From contig JACWAE010000075.1 of assembly GCA_014874385.1 (NCBI GenBank), forward strand, positions 7,693-71,692: a stretch of 64,000 nt of DNA. Direction: 5' to 3'. Source of the stretch: Dehalococcoidia bacterium. GTDB taxonomy: Bacteria; Chloroflexota; Dehalococcoidia; SZUA-161. A program made the position numbers and the translations under genes. Below the pieces are notes generated by a model. The model saw only the letters and a list, made by a program, of their open reading frames with translations. It did no database searches and had not been told where the DNA came from. This document shows positions 50,304 to 60,216 of this stretch, piece by piece. The first letter of the stretch is position 1. Every line of letters begins with the position of its first letter.

Positions 50304-50666
50304 ATGATGACTAAAGCTGAAGACAAATGCGAGATATGGGCGGTGGACCAAAAGAAAGTGACCAAGACGAAGAATCGCCTGCCTACTGATGAGACATTTA
50401 CAGTTCTGGCAGAGACTTTTGGGGCGCTGGCTGATTCTAACCGGGCTAAGATACTGCATTCTTTAGTAGACCAGGAATTATGCGTCTGCGATATTGCGTG
50501 TGTCGTTGGAATCTCGGAATCTGCCATATCACAGCACCTTCGAATACTGCGAACTCTTCGCCTGGTCAAGCAACGCAAGGAAGGGCGCATGATGTATTAT
50601 TCTTTGAATGACGACCATATCCGTCAGCTTCTAGATATATGCTTAGAGCATACAAAGCATACTTAG
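50304..50666 (+). CDS. ArsR/SmtB (CadC/CzrA-like) metal-sensing repressor
   Basis: ELCVCDIA, SAISQHLR, YSLNDDHI...EH. Confidence 0.93.
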   Translation: MMTKAEDKCEIWAVDQKKVTKTKNRLPTDETFTVLAETFGALADSNRAKILHSLVDQELCVCDIACVVGISESAISQHLRILRTLRLVKQRKEGRMMYYSLNDDHIRQLLDICLEHTKHT

Positions 50667-50685
50667 TGGAGCTTTTTATTTTGCA

Positions 50686-50713
50686 TATCGATTTAGCTAC
50701 TACGCAATCGATA
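50686..50713. promoter_or_regulatory. Second probable ArsR operator before the ATPase gene
   Basis: TATCGATT-tagctactacgc-AATCGATA inverted repeat whose core matches the upstream site. Confidence 0.55.
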
Positions 50714-50736
50714 AATCAAGAAAGGAAGGCACCAGG

Positions 50737-53046
50737 ATGATAAGAGAAAGAGCCTTTAGAGTGGAGGGTATGGACTGTGCTGACTGCGCTCTTAAGATAG
50801 AAAGCGCTGTTTCTAAGGTTAAGGAGGTAGCATCAGCTCAGGTTTTCCTATCATCCTCAAAATTGGTGGTCAAACCTGCCAGCGATGGGCTGGACATAGG
50901 AGAAATAGTCAAAGCAGTGGAGAGGCTTGGCTATAAAGCGGAGCCAGAGGAGGCCACCCAATCCCTATCCCTTTATGTCGAGGGCATGGACTGTGCTGAC
51001 GAGGTGGCAGTCATCCAGAAGAAATTCAAAAGCTTGCCCGGACTCCTGAATTCCGAAGTGAATCTTGCCAGTCAGAAAGTGGACGTTACCTACGACCCCT
51101 CTCGGCTTTCTTCTCAGGATATTATCAAATCTATTGCGGAAACTGGTATGAATGCTCGGCTGGCTAAGGCCAGAACCAGGGCAAAAGCCTGGTGGCAGGA
51201 CTTTCGGGTTAAGCTCATTGCAGCTTCAGGCATTCTCTTACTTATTGCTTTTGTCCTGGAACGAGTGGGTTTAGACCATAATATAGCCAGGTCCATATAT
51301 GGCGCCTCGATTCTCGTTGGGGGTTATTATCCGGCTAAAATGGCTCTGGCCGGACTCCGTGCCAGAACACTCAACATTTATACGCTGCTGGTAGTAGCCA
51401 CAATCGGAGCCATTGTCCTGGGGTTCTGGGATGAAGCAGCCGTTCTTGTTTTTGTCTATACATGGGGAGCCATCCTCGAAACTTATGCCACAGAAAGAGC
51501 GAGAGGCTCTTTGAGGCTTTTAATGGAACTGGTACCCCGGGAAGCACTGGTGAAAAGAAATGGCCAGGAGCTAACCCTGCCGGTGGAGGAAGTACAGGTG
51601 GGGGAGACCGTAATTGTACGACCTGGCGAGAAGGTCCCTCTTGATGGAACAGTTGTAGCTGGTTCTTCTTCGGTAGATCAAGCTCCCATAACCGGTGAAT
51701 CAATCCCGGTAAGTAAGACTCCAGGTGACTTAGTCTTCGCTGCCAGCATTAACCAGCGTGGTTCTCTGGAAGTAAAAGTTGGCAAACTGTCCCAGGATAC
51801 GACCCTGGCCCGGATAATCCATTCGGTGGAGAGGTCAGAGGCTAAAAAGTCCAGCTACCAGCACTTCGCCGAGCGATTCGGCCGGATATACACACCCACA
51901 ATGTTTTGCGTAGCAGTAATTGTCGCTGTGGTACCCTGGCTATTGGGTGAGCCTTTTACTCCCTGGTTCTACCGGGCACTAGTGGCACTGGTGGTCTCTT
52001 GTTCCTGCGGCCTGGCACTCTCGGTGCCTATCTCGGTGCTAGCTGCCGTAAGCGCCGCGGCCAGAAAGGGCGTTCTAATCAAAGGCGGTGCCGACCTCGA
52101 AGCCGCTGGCCGTGTTGAAGCAGTGGTTTTTGATAAGACAGGGACACTGACAATAGGTCTGCCCAGGGTGACGGATGTTATTGCCTTAAATGGCACAGCC
52201 CCTGGGCTTCTTTCTGTAGCAGCTTCCGTTGAGTCGCGCTCGGAGCACCCGCTGGCAGATGCTATCCTGAGAAAGGCACGTGAAGATGGAGCCGAGGTGA
52301 TACCGTTGAAAGAGTTTGAAGCTTTAGTCGGAATGGGAGCCAGAGGCCGGATTAATGGCAAGGATTACTATGTTGGGAGTAAGCGCCTCGCTGACCAGAT
52401 GTTGATTCCCCTGGTCAAAGCGGAGAAGGAGATAACCCGACTTCAGTATGAAGGTAAGACTACCATCCTGGTAACAGGTGAGGGTAATATCCTGGGAATA
52501 ATCGGCGTTGCGGACCAATTACGACCGGAGGCTAAAGACACGATAGTCAAGCTCAAAAAAGCCGGAATGAAGCGAGTCGGCATGTTGACCGGAGATAATG
52601 AAGGGACTGCTCGGGCAATTGCAGCCCAAGCCGGTCTAGACGAATATCGGTCTCAACTGATGCCGGAAGATAAAGTGGAGGCGGTCAGGCAGTTAAAACA
52701 GAAATATGGCAGGATTGCCATGGTGGGTGATGGAGTCAATGATGCCCCGGCTATGGCAGCCGCCGATGTAGGAATCGCCATGGGCGCGGCCGGTACCGAT
52801 GTGGCTCTGGAGACTGCTGACCTAGCGCTGATGTCAGACGATCTTTCTAAGATATCCTTTGCCCTTGGTATCAGCCGGAAGGCCATGAACATTATCAAAC
52901 AGAATGTGGCCGTCTCACTGGCTATTGTCGCCTTAGTCGTCACGCTGGCTCTAATTGGTAAGATAGGTCTGGTACCAGGGCTTCTCATAAACGAAGGTAG
53001 CGCGCTTCTGGTTATGATTAACGGCCTACGCTTGCTGAGGAGCTAG
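50737..53046 (+). CDS. Heavy-metal P1B-type ATPase (CadA/ZntA-like) with two HMA domains
   Basis: GMDCADC and GMDCADE, TGES, SCSC, DKTGTLT, SEHP, GDGVNDAP. Confidence 0.93.
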   Translation: MIRERAFRVEGMDCADCALKIESAVSKVKEVASAQVFLSSSKLVVKPASDGLDIGEIVKAVERLGYKAEPEEATQSLSLYVEGMDCADEVAVIQKKFKSLPGLLNSEVNLASQKVDVTYDPSRLSSQDIIKSIAETGMNARLAKARTRAKAWWQDFRVKLIAASGILLLIAFVLERVGLDHNIARSIYGASILVGGYYPAKMALAGLRARTLNIYTLLVVATIGAIVLGFWDEAAVLVFVYTWGAILETYATERARGSLRLLMELVPREALVKRNGQELTLPVEEVQVGETVIVRPGEKVPLDGTVVAGSSSVDQAPITGESIPVSKTPGDLVFAASINQRGSLEVKVGKLSQDTTLARIIHSVERSEAKKSSYQHFAERFGRIYTPTMFCVAVIVAVVPWLLGEPFTPWFYRALVALVVSCSCGLALSVPISVLAAVSAAARKGVLIKGGADLEAAGRVEAVVFDKTGTLTIGLPRVTDVIALNGTAPGLLSVAASVESRSEHPLADAILRKAREDGAEVIPLKEFEALVGMGARGRINGKDYYVGSKRLADQMLIPLVKAEKEITRLQYEGKTTILVTGEGNILGIIGVADQLRPEAKDTIVKLKKAGMKRVGMLTGDNEGTARAIAAQAGLDEYRSQLMPEDKVEAVRQLKQKYGRIAMVGDGVNDAPAMAAADVGIAMGAAGTDVALETADLALMSDDLSKISFALGISRKAMNIIKQNVAVSLAIVALVVTLALIGKIGLVPGLLINEGSALLVMINGLRLLRS

Positions 53047-53106
53047 TCAACTCGTGTTAATGGCCGACGCTGAGCGTTATCAAAAGCAGAACGGAGATCA
53101 GTAGCC

Positions 53107-53355
53107 ATGGAATGCATAGGGTGGCACTGGACTCAGAAAATGTCCTTGAGAGAGATTGCATCCCGAATGAAACTAAGCGAGGTTACAGAGTTTTCGACTG
53201 GGGACATTGCTGGTGTTTTTAAAAAGAGCATAGTTGTTGTGGTACATCCTATTTGGGGCTCCTCCAAGGAAGCCGAGAAAATATTAATATACGCCCATCA
53301 TATTCCTGACGGAGGAAAGAACGTGCTATTTGAGGAATTAACTAGAGAATTATAG
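53107..53355 (+). CDS. Small hypothetical protein
   Basis: GGAG SD; 82 aa, co-oriented with its neighbours. Confidence 0.45.
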   Translation: MECIGWHWTQKMSLREIASRMKLSEVTEFSTGDIAGVFKKSIVVVVHPIWGSSKEAEKILIYAHHIPDGGKNVLFEELTREL

Positions 53356-53416
53356 GAAAGAGCGAAATACCTTGACAGCCTGCTAGAAGCAGTCTAGCAT
53401 GTTAGCTAATAAAAAA

Positions 53417-53701
53417 ATGAATGATATAGCTTGGTATGCTGTTGGGGCGGTAGCAGCGGCTCTCACCAGCTTCGGTTTTGTGCCACAGATTGTGAAAATA
53501 TGGCAGACAAAGTCGGTTAGAGACGTAAGCCCTATCACCATTCTCCAATTTATTGCCGGGGTATTGCTCTGGACTGTCTACGGAGTGCATCTTAGAGACC
53601 CTGTAGTAATAGCTGCAAACCTGGTATCGCTAGCTATCCTGATCGTAGCTCTGCTCCTCTACTTCCGCTTCTTCAAAAAGAGCAAGCCCGAAAACCGCTA
53701 G
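53417..53701 (+). CDS. SemiSWEET/PQ-loop family transporter
   Basis: FVPQIVK..TKSVRDVS, LWTVYG, AN; 3 TM helices. Confidence 0.88.
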   Translation: MNDIAWYAVGAVAAALTSFGFVPQIVKIWQTKSVRDVSPITILQFIAGVLLWTVYGVHLRDPVVIAANLVSLAILIVALLLYFRFFKKSKPENR

Positions 53702-53714
53702 CTGAACACCCTTG

Positions 53715-55409
53715 CTAAATCCCCTCCTCTCTTAGAGCGTTGACAATGTACTGAATCTCCTGAGTAGTCAGGCCAAAGCGGTGCAGTGTATGACGGATAA
53801 TCTCCAGCCCCGCCTCCAGCTCGGGGCGCACCATCTCAGCGACCCCCAATTCACGCAATGTCTTAATATCCTCATCTCGATGCACCCGGGCCACTACGTC
53901 GAGCCTGGGATTTATTCTGCGAGCATTCGCCATTGCCAGCCTTGTAGCTATCGGGTCGGGGAACGTAATCACCATCACCCTGGCCCTTTCCAGCCCTGCC
54001 CGCGCCAGGATTTCAGGATTAGCAGCATCACCATATATACAAGGAACACCCCTGGCACGCACCGGATCTAAATTTTTGGGGTCTATATCTACAACCAAAT
54101 AAGGGAAATTTCTACGTTCCAGCACCTTCCCCAGGTTTCGAGCCACCTGTCCGTAGCCGCAGATCACCACATGTCCCGACAGGCGCTTGCTTTCATCCGA
54201 AAAACCGGGGTCGGTATGCGAGGCAAATAGCCGCGACACCCCTCTCACCTGAATCAGTCGATGATACAACCCCGATACCAGGCCCATGCCAAAGGGTGTC
54301 AGCAACATGGTGATGCCTGCAGCAGCCAGGGTCAAAGAGTACAGGTGTTTGGAGATGATACCCATGTCCAGGGCAACAGCAGCTATTACAAAGCTGAACT
54401 CTCCTATCTGGAACAGGCCGCTCCCCGCAAAGAGAGTGGTCTTGCTGCTGTAGCCGAAAGCCCAAACTATAACAGAGACTATGATAAACTTGCCTACCAC
54501 TATTGCCGCCACTACACTCCCAACTTCCGCTGGATTCGCCACAATGAAATGGGGGTCCGCGAGCATGCCCAAAGAGACGAAGAAAAGAATGGCAAATATG
54601 TCCCTCAAAGGCCCGATGTCCGCACGAGCCTGGTGAGCATACTCAGCTTCACTCACCAGCAGCCCGGCCAGGAATGCGCCCAGCGCTACGGAGAGCCCGA
54701 CATAGTAAGCTCCAAAGGCTGCTCCAAAGACCAGGCACACCACTGTCAGCACGAAAAGCTCCCTGGAGCGTCTTTCGGTCACCCTTCTCATGAACCAGGG
54801 CAGCACCCATAATCCCAGCACGAATATCATCGCTAGAAACGAGAGAGCTCTCAGGAGATCCCATCCCCAGGCCCTCGTAAATACGCCCCCGTCGCCCCCC
54901 AGAGAAGGGAGGATAAGCATTACAATGACCACGCTGAGGTCCTGCACCAGAAGGATGCCAGCCATCACCCGCCCGTGAGGGCTTCCCAGTTCGCCGCGCT
55001 CTATGAGCGTTTTCAGCACTATGATAGTGCTGCTCATGGATATGAAAAGGCCGAACAGGAGAGACTCTCTAACCGGCCAGTGAAGCAGCCAGCCTAAACC
55101 AAAGCCCAATCCCGTAGTAGCGATTATCTGGGCAGCGCCTCCTAACGTAGCGACCCTGCCTATCTGCCTGAGGGTCTTCAGGGAAAACTCCATACCCAGA
55201 GTGAACATCAGAAGCACCACGCCGATGGTAGCGAGGGTTTCAACATCAGCCACATCGTGAATCAAGTGCAGACCGTAAGGCCCGATGGCAATGCCCACCA
55301 GGAGATAGCCCACAATGACGGGCAGCCTAAGGTGGTGCGCTATCATGCCGCCGACAAGGGCAGCCCCCAGTACTATGGCCATGTCCTCCAACAAGCTCAG
55401 CTCAGTCAT
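53715..55409 (-). CDS. CPA2 cation:proton antiporter with TrkA-N domain (KefC/YbaL-like)
   Basis: GYLLVGIAIGP, LLVQD, FFVSLG, QIGEFSF, ICGYG, YGDA. Confidence 0.92.
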   Translation of the reverse strand: MTELSLLEDMAIVLGAALVGGMIAHHLRLPVIVGYLLVGIAIGPYGLHLIHDVADVETLATIGVVLLMFTLGMEFSLKTLRQIGRVATLGGAAQIIATTGLGFGLGWLLHWPVRESLLFGLFISMSSTIIVLKTLIERGELGSPHGRVMAGILLVQDLSVVIVMLILPSLGGDGGVFTRAWGWDLLRALSFLAMIFVLGLWVLPWFMRRVTERRSRELFVLTVVCLVFGAAFGAYYVGLSVALGAFLAGLLVSEAEYAHQARADIGPLRDIFAILFFVSLGMLADPHFIVANPAEVGSVVAAIVVGKFIIVSVIVWAFGYSSKTTLFAGSGLFQIGEFSFVIAAVALDMGIISKHLYSLTLAAAGITMLLTPFGMGLVSGLYHRLIQVRGVSRLFASHTDPGFSDESKRLSGHVVICGYGQVARNLGKVLERRNFPYLVVDIDPKNLDPVRARGVPCIYGDAANPEILARAGLERARVMVITFPDPIATRLAMANARRINPRLDVVARVHRDEDIKTLRELGVAEMVRPELEAGLEIIRHTLHRFGLTTQEIQYIVNALREEGI

Positions 55410-55584
55410 CTCGCTCCTTAGAGAATTCGGGCACTGCTATGGCAGCCGGGCACGCGTGGAAAGCATGATACATATTAGACGTCTTAAAAGCTACGGGTGG
55501 AAAGAATATTAAAGGATAGACGAAACAGTTCGTGACTAAAACAGATGCCTCGTGCTCCAAAGATATATAATCAGTCATTTCGCA

Positions 55585-55794
55585 CTAGGATAGCCCGTGT
55601 ATGGCGATACGGCGTATGGTTGAGGCAGGTATAGGAACACCCTTCACCATAGCCCCATCATAGCCCCACCTCCGCCACAGGCGTGGGTGACGTTTAAGCT
55701 CCCGCCGGATGAACTCTATCTCGCTATCCGAAAGCTGGCCTGCCCATCCCGGCTGAAGCAGTTTCCTATCTGGGCGTATCGCAGTAACTGCCAT
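55585..55794 (-). CDS. Small hypothetical protein
   Basis: GAAGGA SD; 69 aa. Confidence 0.5.
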   Translation of the reverse strand: MAVTAIRPDRKLLQPGWAGQLSDSEIEFIRRELKRHPRLWRRWGYDGAMVKGVPIPASTIRRIAIHGLS

Positions 55795-55880
55795 ATCGTT
55801 CCTTCAGCGCTGCACCGTTTTTGTTCTCCTATCCTCAGTAGTGCAGCTTTTCCGTGGCTGCTCCACATTGGACGACACAT

Positions 55881-56288
55881 TCAATCCTTCTTACCTTTGT
55901 AAATCGAGAACGTTCCCATCGCCTTAGCCGCCAGATGCCCCCCGTTTTTTATCTCTGCTTCCATCACCGCAATCCTCTTACCCCTGTGAATAACTCTCGA
56001 CTCACAGGTAAGGATACCAGATGACACAGCCTTAAAATAGCAGATGCTAATCTCAATCGTCAAGAATAACTCATCTTCATTTACAAGAGAATACAGTGCT
56101 GCACCCATGCCCGAGTCAGCCAGAGTATAGATGGCTCCTCCGTGCACGATCCCGGCAGCGTTAAGCAACTTTTTGTCCACTTCCAGGACGCACAGACTGT
56201 TACCATCCTCGACCTTGGTGTAAGTTACGCCTACCATGTCACGGAATGGACTGAGGCCTTTTGCCGCTATAGAGTATTGCCTTGCCAT
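55881..56288 (-). CDS. PaaI-family hotdog thioesterase
   Basis: NAAGIVHGGAIYTLAD. Confidence 0.92.
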   Translation of the reverse strand: MARQYSIAAKGLSPFRDMVGVTYTKVEDGNSLCVLEVDKKLLNAAGIVHGGAIYTLADSGMGAALYSLVNEDELFLTIEISICYFKAVSSGILTCESRVIHRGKRIAVMEAEIKNGGHLAAKAMGTFSIYKGKKD

Positions 56289-56425
56289 AGATACCCCTCG
56301 CTATCCGGCTATCTTCACACAGTATTGCCCGCCGACTTTTTGTGCTATTATACCATCGGTCGCAGCGGAATACCGCAAACAATACCTGACGGAGCTCAAT
56401 ATCCCGGAAAATGAATAGAGAATAG

Positions 56426-57124
56426 ATGAAATTCGTTAAACGCGAAATAGGGTATTTTATATATGGTTTGATTTTCTGGCTTCCTATTGGCATAGCGTTT
56501 GTTATCGGCCTCTACATCTTTGGCGACCTTGAAAACCTGGGAAGAGGGTTTCTCGCCTTCTTCCTTCCTGAACGGTTTGTTTACCCCGGTCTGGGAATAG
56601 GCTTCTGGTTCATTCTCTTCTATGCGACCGGACTCATCGCGCAAGGAACCATTATAGGCAACTCTCTTTGGGGGATACCATTATTTGGCGCTATCTTCAG
56701 AAAAGGCGGGAAGACAGTTACCATCGATAACTTGCTCAATCTAAGCCCCTGCTTATGCCTGCGTTCCGAGACCTGTATCTGCTACGCCTTTATACTCTGG
56801 GAAGAAAAGGTCAGGCCGGGTAACGAGAGCGCAGATTTCGACCTGATAGATATCTATCAGCCCCACCCGCCTGCCCTGGTGACTGGCCGGGTCTTCTCGG
56901 TAAGGAAAGGGACGATAATCAAATTGGGCAACAAATCGGGGGACATCATCAATATCCTGCTCTACGGGCTGAAAAGGCCGGAGGAGCTTAAGTATCTCCC
57001 CTGGGAAGGTGAAACTGAAGAGGAGTTTAAAGAAAGAGTCAAGCATTTTGGGTTAGATATCGAACCCTCACCGCTGCTGCAATCTGCGCTGGACAAGATT
57101 GAAAGAACGAGGAGGCTATTATGA
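56426..57124 (+). CDS. Membrane protein, DUF502-like N-terminus
   Basis: FIYGLIFWLP, two TM helices, IPLFGAIF, YQPHPP..TG. Confidence 0.6.
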   Translation: MKFVKREIGYFIYGLIFWLPIGIAFVIGLYIFGDLENLGRGFLAFFLPERFVYPGLGIGFWFILFYATGLIAQGTIIGNSLWGIPLFGAIFRKGGKTVTIDNLLNLSPCLCLRSETCICYAFILWEEKVRPGNESADFDLIDIYQPHPPALVTGRVFSVRKGTIIKLGNKSGDIINILLYGLKRPEELKYLPWEGETEEEFKERVKHFGLDIEPSPLLQSALDKIERTRRLL

Positions 57125-57582
57125 AGACGAGTGAAGGACGGCTGGGACGTGTCTTCGTGATACGGCTTGAGGATGGTGACGTGCTCCCCGGATGTATCGA
57201 GAGATTCGCCGAGGAGAAAGGCGTATCTGTAGGTCACGCCATACTGGTGGGCGGCATCGGGCAGGGTCAAATCGTGGTCGGCCCGCGATATTCCCCTAAA
57301 ATGCCTCCCGAGCCCATGCTGCTGCCCATCGATGGCGCTCATGAGGTGGCCGGTGTGGGCGTGCTCGCACCCGGCGAGGACGGCAAGCCTGTATTGCACA
57401 TGCACGCCGCCCTGGGCCGCTCCGGACAGACCATGACGGGCTGCCTGCGCCCCGGCGTCACCACCTGGGTAGTGGGCGAGGTCATCCTCTATGAAATCCT
57501 CGGTGCCAGAGTAGGCCGCATCAAAGACAAAAAGAGCGGCTTCGCCCTGCTGCAACCACTGAAGGGCAAATCCAAAACGTAG
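57121..57582 (+). CDS. PPC-domain (DUF296) protein
   Basis: RVFVIRLEDGD, LHMHAALG, GE. Confidence 0.85.
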   Translation: MKTSEGRLGRVFVIRLEDGDVLPGCIERFAEEKGVSVGHAILVGGIGQGQIVVGPRYSPKMPPEPMLLPIDGAHEVAGVGVLAPGEDGKPVLHMHAALGRSGQTMTGCLRPGVTTWVVGEVILYEILGARVGRIKDKKSGFALLQPLKGKSKT

Positions 57583-57734
57583 GGGCGATTCACAAACCGT
57601 CTTGTAGGGAACCCCCACTGAAATGTGATAAATTTTTAATCTTTCACCCCTCCCATTTTATGACTTCTTCATTCTACAGGCTTAATATTTATCCTGTATC
57701 ACCATAAAGATGTGCCTCCAGGGGGTTGAAAAGT

Positions 57735-58346
57735 ATGAATTGGGACAAAATACCTGACCAGCCCGCGATCGACAGCGTCATCGCCGGAATGCGCGAACGC
57801 AACTTCAACCCTGTGCTTGTGCCGGACAAACAGAGCGCGCTGGAGAAACTGAAACAGATGATCCCTGCCGGGGCTGAGGTCATGACCGGCAGCTCAACGA
57901 CACTGGAGGAGATAGGCTTCATCGACTACCTCGCCGAGAGAAAACACCCCTGGCGCAACCTCAAGGACGGCATCATCGCCGAAAAAGACCCTCAGAAGCA
58001 GCGGGACCTGAGGCGAGCCAGCACCATTTCTGAGTATTTCGTCGGCAGCGTTCAGGCCATAACCGAGACCGGGCAAGTACTGGGCGTGGACGCCACAGGC
58101 AGCCGTCAGGGCGGCTATGTATTTGGCGCCAGGAATGTCATCTGGGTAGTGGGAATCAACAAGATAGTCTCCGACCTGGAGAAAGCGATGAAGCGGCTTA
58201 TTGAACACTGCGTGCCTCTGGAAGATGCCCGAATGAAAAGCACAGGCGGTGCGGGCACCTTCATCGGCAAGATAGTCATTTATGAACGGGAAGGCTTACC
58301 GCAGCGCATCTCCACCATCCTGGTCAAAGAGAAGTTGGGCTACTGA
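57735..58346 (+). CDS. LUD-domain (lactate utilization-like) protein
   Basis: GSSTTLEEIG, SVQAITETG..VDATGSR, VGINKIV, LGY end. Confidence 0.85.
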   Translation: MNWDKIPDQPAIDSVIAGMRERNFNPVLVPDKQSALEKLKQMIPAGAEVMTGSSTTLEEIGFIDYLAERKHPWRNLKDGIIAEKDPQKQRDLRRASTISEYFVGSVQAITETGQVLGVDATGSRQGGYVFGARNVIWVVGINKIVSDLEKAMKRLIEHCVPLEDARMKSTGGAGTFIGKIVIYEREGLPQRISTILVKEKLGY

Positions 58347-58365
58347 GCCTGAACAATTTTAACGG

Positions 58366-58633
58366 GTAGGTTGCAGCATCCGCTCCAACTGAGTTATTTC
58401 CCCTCTCTCTATTCATGATGCGCCGCCGCCTCTTGAAATAGTGAAGGTTACGCCTATAATCACATGTAGGGGCGGTTCGTGAACCGCCCCTACGATGAAA
58501 AAACCGGAGCCATAATCGGTAGGACAGACGCCCCCGTCTATCCTTCATATCATTGTTCGCCTCTGGTGTACGAAGCAATCTCATCGCCACCCTTAACAAC
58601 GAACACTGTAAGGGCGACCCGTTGGGTCGCCCA
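58366..58633. repeat. Cluster of REP palindromes upstream of the TIR gene
   Basis: 58366-58389; GTAGGGGCGGTTCGTGAACCGCCCCTAC at 58466-58493; GAAGCAATCTC at 58572; 58608-58633. Confidence 0.8.
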
Positions 58634-58703
58634 ACTTGCCCTTGATTCCTATGTGAGTGTAGCATATAATCTCGACAGGCTGATTGAGAAAGGTTAATTA
58701 TCA

Positions 58704-59423
58704 ATGGCATTGAATTTGAAGGAGCTAATTCGGCGAGCCAAAGACTACGTAGAGCTTGAATGCAACACAAAGGTGACCAAGATCATTTTTGCAGAGCGCT
58801 TCATTCTCATGGGACAAGAGGACGTCGTCCTATCGGTGAATACTATAGATACTGAAGAACCAGAATGGTGGGTAGTTGGTGGCTCAACGCCGATGAACCT
58901 TTATCCCAAATCGCGTTTCCCATCACCTGATGAAGTATTTTCAATGCACACAGGTTTGATGTTACGCTTAACTGCACGTAATTTCGAGCAATCTTATGAG
59001 GCACCTAAAGAAATTGGTTACGATGCTTTCATTTGCCATGCAGGCGAGGACAAAGAGCAAGTTGCACGACCTCTCGCAGAAGCCCTTGAGCATATGGGAT
59101 TTAGTGTTTGGTACGATGAGTTTGAACTTAGACTAGGAGACAGCCTCCGAAAGTCCATTGATAAAGGCCTTGTTAATTCACGATACGGAATTGTGGTTCT
59201 CTCAAAGCCTTTTTTTGCGAAGAACTGGCCTCAATACGAACTACATGGACTGATTGCGCGCGAGATAAGCGGCCATAAAGTTGTTCTCCCTATTTGGCAC
59301 GACATAGAGAAAGAAGATATCCTTACGTACAGCCCGACACTCGCTGACAAAGTCGCAGTAAGCACAAAACAAATGAATATCCACGAAATTGCTCACGCTT
59401 TAGCAAAAGTCCTAAATGAATAG
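58704..59423 (+). CDS. TIR-domain protein with uncharacterised N-terminal domain
   Basis: YDAFICHAGEDK, VWYDEF, GDSLRKSIDKGL, KNWPQYEL (catalytic Glu), LPIWH. Confidence 0.9.
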   Translation: MALNLKELIRRAKDYVELECNTKVTKIIFAERFILMGQEDVVLSVNTIDTEEPEWWVVGGSTPMNLYPKSRFPSPDEVFSMHTGLMLRLTARNFEQSYEAPKEIGYDAFICHAGEDKEQVARPLAEALEHMGFSVWYDEFELRLGDSLRKSIDKGLVNSRYGIVVLSKPFFAKNWPQYELHGLIAREISGHKVVLPIWHDIEKEDILTYSPTLADKVAVSTKQMNIHEIAHALAKVLNE

Positions 59424-59538
59424 TATCAGCGGGTGGGCTCCATTTTATTCCACTTGCCCTATTTTCTACGAATAGGTTGGAGCACCTGCTCCAACCGTTA
59501 ACAGATAGGCTAAGGAATATGATATTGAGGAAAAGAGT

Positions 59539-60072
59539 ATGTTAGACCCTGAAGAAAGACAGCAACTTAAGAGAAAAATGCTGGTTTTGAAGATCCTCTG
59601 GGGCTTTTTCACGGTAGCATTAGTCGCCTATGTGGTTGTAGCTCACCTAATAGGTAATGAAACGGTAATAATAGGCTATAGCAATACCACCCTCTTGATT
59701 ATCAAGATCGTTCTCGCCGTAGCTGCATTTTCGGCCTTAGTGAATGCTTATTTTTGGAGGAAGTCCATGCTCACAGCCTGGCAGAAACGCCCCAAATCAG
59801 GATTCATTCGACAGATGTTCACTATGAAGACCCTAGCGCCCACGTCAAGCAGCGATGCAGCAGTCAAATACGCAACTGCAACAAGGATCTCTATTGCGTT
59901 TGCGGAAAGCGTGGGAATCTACGGGTTAATTCTGTTCATCATGAGTGGTGAGTTCGTAACACTTTATTCATTTATAGGTGTCTCAGCTCTGGCCCTCTTC
60001 TATTTACGCCCTAAATTTGAAGATCTTGAGCAGCTAGTCATAAATATGAAGCGCATGGAGAATTCAAATTAG
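59539..60072 (+). CDS. Hypothetical membrane protein (4 TM)
   Basis: Hydrophobic segments; AESVGIYG; GAGGA SD. Confidence 0.7.
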   Translation: MLDPEERQQLKRKMLVLKILWGFFTVALVAYVVVAHLIGNETVIIGYSNTTLLIIKIVLAVAAFSALVNAYFWRKSMLTAWQKRPKSGFIRQMFTMKTLAPTSSSDAAVKYATATRISIAFAESVGIYGLILFIMSGEFVTLYSFIGVSALALFYLRPKFEDLEQLVINMKRMENSN

Positions 60073-60146
60073 TCTCGTCTGCATTCAGTGTAGGGGTATG
60101 TTAGAGTACCTGCTCTAGGCCACTGAGTCAGACGAATGACACAAAT

Positions 60147-60174
60147 GTAGGGGCACGGCATGCCGTGCCCCTAC
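60147..60174. repeat. GTAG REP palindrome
   Basis: Perfect palindrome GTAGGGGCACGGCATGCCGTGCCCCTAC. Confidence 0.9.
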
Positions 60175-60216
60175 ATAAATTACAGAACCAAGCCTTGTCC
60201 ACACCCTGTCCAGGCT

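Noticed and set aside
58479-58697. 72-aa ORF upstream of the TIR gene
   Set aside because: Built largely from REP palindromes and lacks an SD.
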